DNA of 64,000 nucleotides, taken from Patescibacteria group bacterium. Lineage in GTDB: Bacteria; Patescibacteriota; Saccharimonadia; Saccharimonadales; 2-12-FULL-41-12. The translations under genes were made by a program, and so were the position numbers. The stretch covers positions 507,004 to 571,003 of the forward strand of contig JBBTSC010000001.1 in NCBI GenBank assembly GCA_038064875.1. Direction: 5' to 3'. Positions 61,960 through 64,000 of the stretch are shown piece after piece (the first letter of the stretch is position 1; every line of letters starts with the position of its first letter). Under the pieces are notes generated by a model. It was not told where the DNA came from. It saw nothing but the letters and a program-made list of their open reading frames with translations, and ran no database searches.

Positions 61960-63270
61960 CTAAGGTGTTAGACGATTAATATCTCTTGGAAATAATGTGG
62001 CTTCTTTGACGTTGCTGAGACCTACAATTTTCTGGGTCAATCTCTCAAGACCCATACCAAACCCACCATGTGGAGGCATCCCATATTTCATAGCGCTCAA
62101 AAGTGGAGCAAAACCAGGATCAGTTGGATCACCCTTTGCTAGCTCTTTAAGTTGTTTCAAGACTATTTCGTACTTGTTCTCGCGCATACTTCCAGTGGTA
62201 ATCTCAACCCCCCTAAAGAGTAGGTCGATTCGATCCGCCAACTTTGGATCTTTATCATTTTTTTTGTGATAGAATTTCATCTCGTCTGCTGGCCATTCAC
62301 TTACAAAAACTGCTTCTGATTTAAGATTTTTCTTTGCATAGTCACAGATCCAACGCTCTTCATCAGGACGAAGATCTTTCTCCCCAACAGAATTCTCTCC
62401 GGTAGCTTTTGAATATTTCTCATGAATTTCTTCAAGCGAAAGCACTGGGATTTTGGGTGGCAAGAGTGGCTTAGTTGCATTCCACTTTTTTAGCTGGATC
62501 TCATGCTTATCCCACACACCATCAACAACTCTGCCCAAAAGATCACTCAAGAGTTGCTCTAAGTCTTCTAGATCAATAAATCCTAGTTCCGCGTCAATTG
62601 AAGTGTACTCTGTCATATGACGACTTGTGGCACTTGGCTCAGCTCTATAAACTGGAGCTATCTCATAAACTCTCTCAAAAGCACCAACCATCATTTGCTT
62701 ATAAAACTGTGGGCTTTGCGCTAAGGTTGCTGTTTTGCCAAAGTAATCCAATGTGAAAACTTCAGCTCCACCCTCAGTAGCTTCTGCCAAAAATTTAGGA
62801 GTATGTATTTCTGTAAATTCTCTACCCTCAAAAAAAGATCTAAGTGACGAGCAGATTGTAGCCTGAACATCAAAGACAGCTCTCTCTTGCAGATTTCTTA
62901 GCCCGACTACTCTATGTTCGAAGAGCGTATCTAGATTTTCGGATTTGTGTTGAAGTGGCTTGTCAATTTCAATTGGAGGTTCGTCTGTGACAGGTACAAG
63001 TACTTCGATTTCAGGATCGTGAATCTCTGCACCACCTGGAGCTCTTTTATCACTTATCAGCTCACCCTTTACTGATAGAACGCTACCGATCTGTAGTCCC
63101 CGAAGCTTTTCAATCTCGTTCTTATCCTGCACCAACACCTGAGTCAACCCTGACCTATCACGCACATTTATAAAATTAAGCCCGCCGAGCAGTCGCTTTT
63201 TGTGAAGCCAGCCTTCTATAGTGATCGTTTTGCCAACATGTTTTTCCAAGTCTTTTGCAAGTGTTCTCAT
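61960..63270 (-). CDS. aspS: Aspartate--tRNA ligase, archaeal/type-2 form (possibly non-discriminating)
   Basis: 436 aa ORF with an OB-fold N-terminus, LAQSPQFYKQ, motif 2 YRAEPSATSRHMTEY and motif 3 GGFGMGLERL. TAGAAT (63282-63277) lies 6 nt upstream of the ATG. Confidence 0.85.
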   Translation of the reverse strand: MRTLAKDLEKHVGKTITIEGWLHKKRLLGGLNFINVRDRSGLTQVLVQDKNEIEKLRGLQIGSVLSVKGELISDKRAPGGAEIHDPEIEVLVPVTDEPPIEIDKPLQHKSENLDTLFEHRVVGLRNLQERAVFDVQATICSSLRSFFEGREFTEIHTPKFLAEATEGGAEVFTLDYFGKTATLAQSPQFYKQMMVGAFERVYEIAPVYRAEPSATSRHMTEYTSIDAELGFIDLEDLEQLLSDLLGRVVDGVWDKHEIQLKKWNATKPLLPPKIPVLSLEEIHEKYSKATGENSVGEKDLRPDEERWICDYAKKNLKSEAVFVSEWPADEMKFYHKKNDKDPKLADRIDLLFRGVEITTGSMRENKYEIVLKQLKELAKGDPTDPGFAPLLSAMKYGMPPHGGFGMGLERLTQKIVGLSNVKEATLFPRDINRLTP

Positions 63271-63290
63271 CAGAATATTCTACACTTTTT

Positions 63291-63450
63291 AGTAGCCTAC
63301 TCAAAGCAAAATGATATTTTTTGGGATGATTGTCTCTGAGATAAAATTAACTTATTCTGACTAAAACATAGGTGACCTACGTTGCGGGAAGAATGATTAA
63401 TTTTAGCCAGAGAGAACATTTTAAAGAGTTTTATTTTGCTTTGAGTAGGC
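63291..63450. repeat. 160 bp concentric inverted-repeat element (21 bp perfect arms), MITE-like, flanked by a 10 bp direct repeat
   Basis: Arm GTAGCCTACTCAAAGCAAAAT (63292-63312) is the exact reverse complement of 63433-63453. A nested imperfect IR (TCTCT...TAAAATTAA / TTAATTTTA...AGAGA) and a central palindrome TAGGTGACCTA (63369-63379) lie inside. The flanks are TACACTTTTT (63281-63290) and TACACCTTTT (63451-63460). Confidence 0.8.
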
Positions 63451-64000
63451 TACACCTTTTGATCAAAGAAGAGTTGTAGCACCTGATAGATGTTCACTAC
63501 ACCTCGTATATTTTCTTTAGCATCAATAACAAGAAACTGTTCGTTTTTGTATTCTACAAAGACTTCTATCAACCCTTCTATTGATTCGTCTTCTTTGATG
63601 TAATTAACCTCGCTCTTTGTAAAGTCTTTGACCTTAGTTTTCGCTGTATGATCTTTCATATCAATGAGCCTAACGCTACCGATTATCCTACCTTCTGACG
63701 CAACTGGAAATATTGTTAGCGAAGTCTTGTGAAGCTCGTCTAATAAGATAGGACCGATGTAATCATCCTCGTCAATGACTACCACTTTAGCCATTGGGAT
63801 CATTATGTCCTCTACGCTTGAATATTGAAGTTTGAAGAGATTTTCAATCTTGCCAAGAACCTTCTTGTTAACTAAATTATTACTACTATGCAAGCTCGTG
63901 ATAAGTTTTTTGAATTCTTTATCATCATAGGGCTTATAGATCTTCTGATCCCCAGATTCTAGTAAAAAGTAGTTGCTTAACTTGTTAAGCTTTTGGTCAT
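63450..64000 (-). CDS. CBS-domain protein, probably CNNM/CorC/HlyC-type (5' end beyond window)
   Basis: The frame stays open to the window edge upstream of the track TTG start at 63893. It contains the CBS-pair pattern VEDIMIPMAKVVVIDEDD...TIFPVASEGRIIGSVRLIDMKD. Confidence 0.65.
   Translation of the reverse strand, partial: DQKLNKLSNYFLLESGDQKIYKPYDDKEFKKLITSLHSSNNLVNKKVLGKIENLFKLQYSSVEDIMIPMAKVVVIDEDDYIGPILLDELHKTSLTIFPVASEGRIIGSVRLIDMKDHTAKTKVKDFTKSEVNYIKEDESIEGLIEVFVEYKNEQFLVIDAKENIRGVVNIYQVLQLFFDQKV

Noticed and set aside
63271-63449. T-box or other riboswitch leader upstream of aspS
   Set aside because: The GGTGACC-containing segment that vaguely recalls a T-box core is on the wrong strand. 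The aspS -10 box also lies 6 nt from the ATG, leaving no leader RNA to fold.
1-64000. Alternative genetic code (UGA recoding, as in some candidate phyla)
   Set aside because: TGA acts as a genuine stop at conserved C-termini and in ATGA/GTGA coupling overlaps (12038-12041, 34706-34709, 46787-46790, 47347-47350). All conserved genes read cleanly in the standard code.

Overview
The window is a 64 kb bacterial chromosomal segment that reads cleanly in the standard genetic code. It is gene-dense, with about 80 CDS, mostly on the minus strand. There are 4 tRNA genes and no rRNA, CRISPR array, transposase, integrase or reverse transcriptase.

Gene content points to a reduced-genome Patescibacteria/CPR organism, possibly Saccharibacteria-like. 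The relevant genes are a 232 aa HrcA, a ComEC without a C-terminal lactamase domain, an archaeal-type AspRS, a FemAB-type bridge transferase with MurC and MurJ, a 2060 aa LamG/Kelch-like/FN3 surface protein, and many tiny membrane ORFs. This taxonomic placement is inference only, because no search was possible.

Layout:
- 1-5.7 kb: ruvB(partial)-ruvA-ruvC, IMPase, yebC, comEC, a kinase-like ORF and tRNA-Lys.
- 6.8-13.1 kb: an hrcA-grpE-dnaK-dnaJ heat-shock locus with CIRCE operators, interrupted by four orphan ORFs.
- 13.9-21.9 kb: gmk-like, lepA, murJ, ftsH, tilS.
- 21.9-23.4 kb: tRNA-Met and tRNA-fMet flanking a Cys-motif orphan.
- 23.4-33.4 kb: a mixed-strand accessory block of small membrane, stress and transport genes.
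- 33.4-50.7 kb: a cell-surface block. It holds a MacB-like ABC pair coupled to the giant protein, two paralogous secreted modular proteins (one GH16), DUF2207, and a coupled DsbA / CxxC-membrane / VKOR triad.
- 50.9-64 kb: a third tRNA-CAU, an ABC-2 pair, dus, femX-like/murC, mazG-like, mscS, aspS and a partial CBS-domain gene.

Most notable observations:
1. More than 20 genes have a TAnnnT box exactly 6-8 nt upstream of the start codon. This implies leaderless mRNAs coexisting with strong-SD genes, and it revises several start sites.
2. The CIRCE operators contain the -35 hexamer inside their spacer.
3. Orphan ORFs are translationally coupled inside the chaperone operon.
4. A 160 bp MITE-like concentric inverted repeat with flanking direct repeats supplies the -35 of the aspS promoter.
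5. An uncharacterised membrane CxxC protein is wedged between DsbA and VKOR.
6. The giant repeat protein is co-operonic with a MacB/FtsX-type ABC system.
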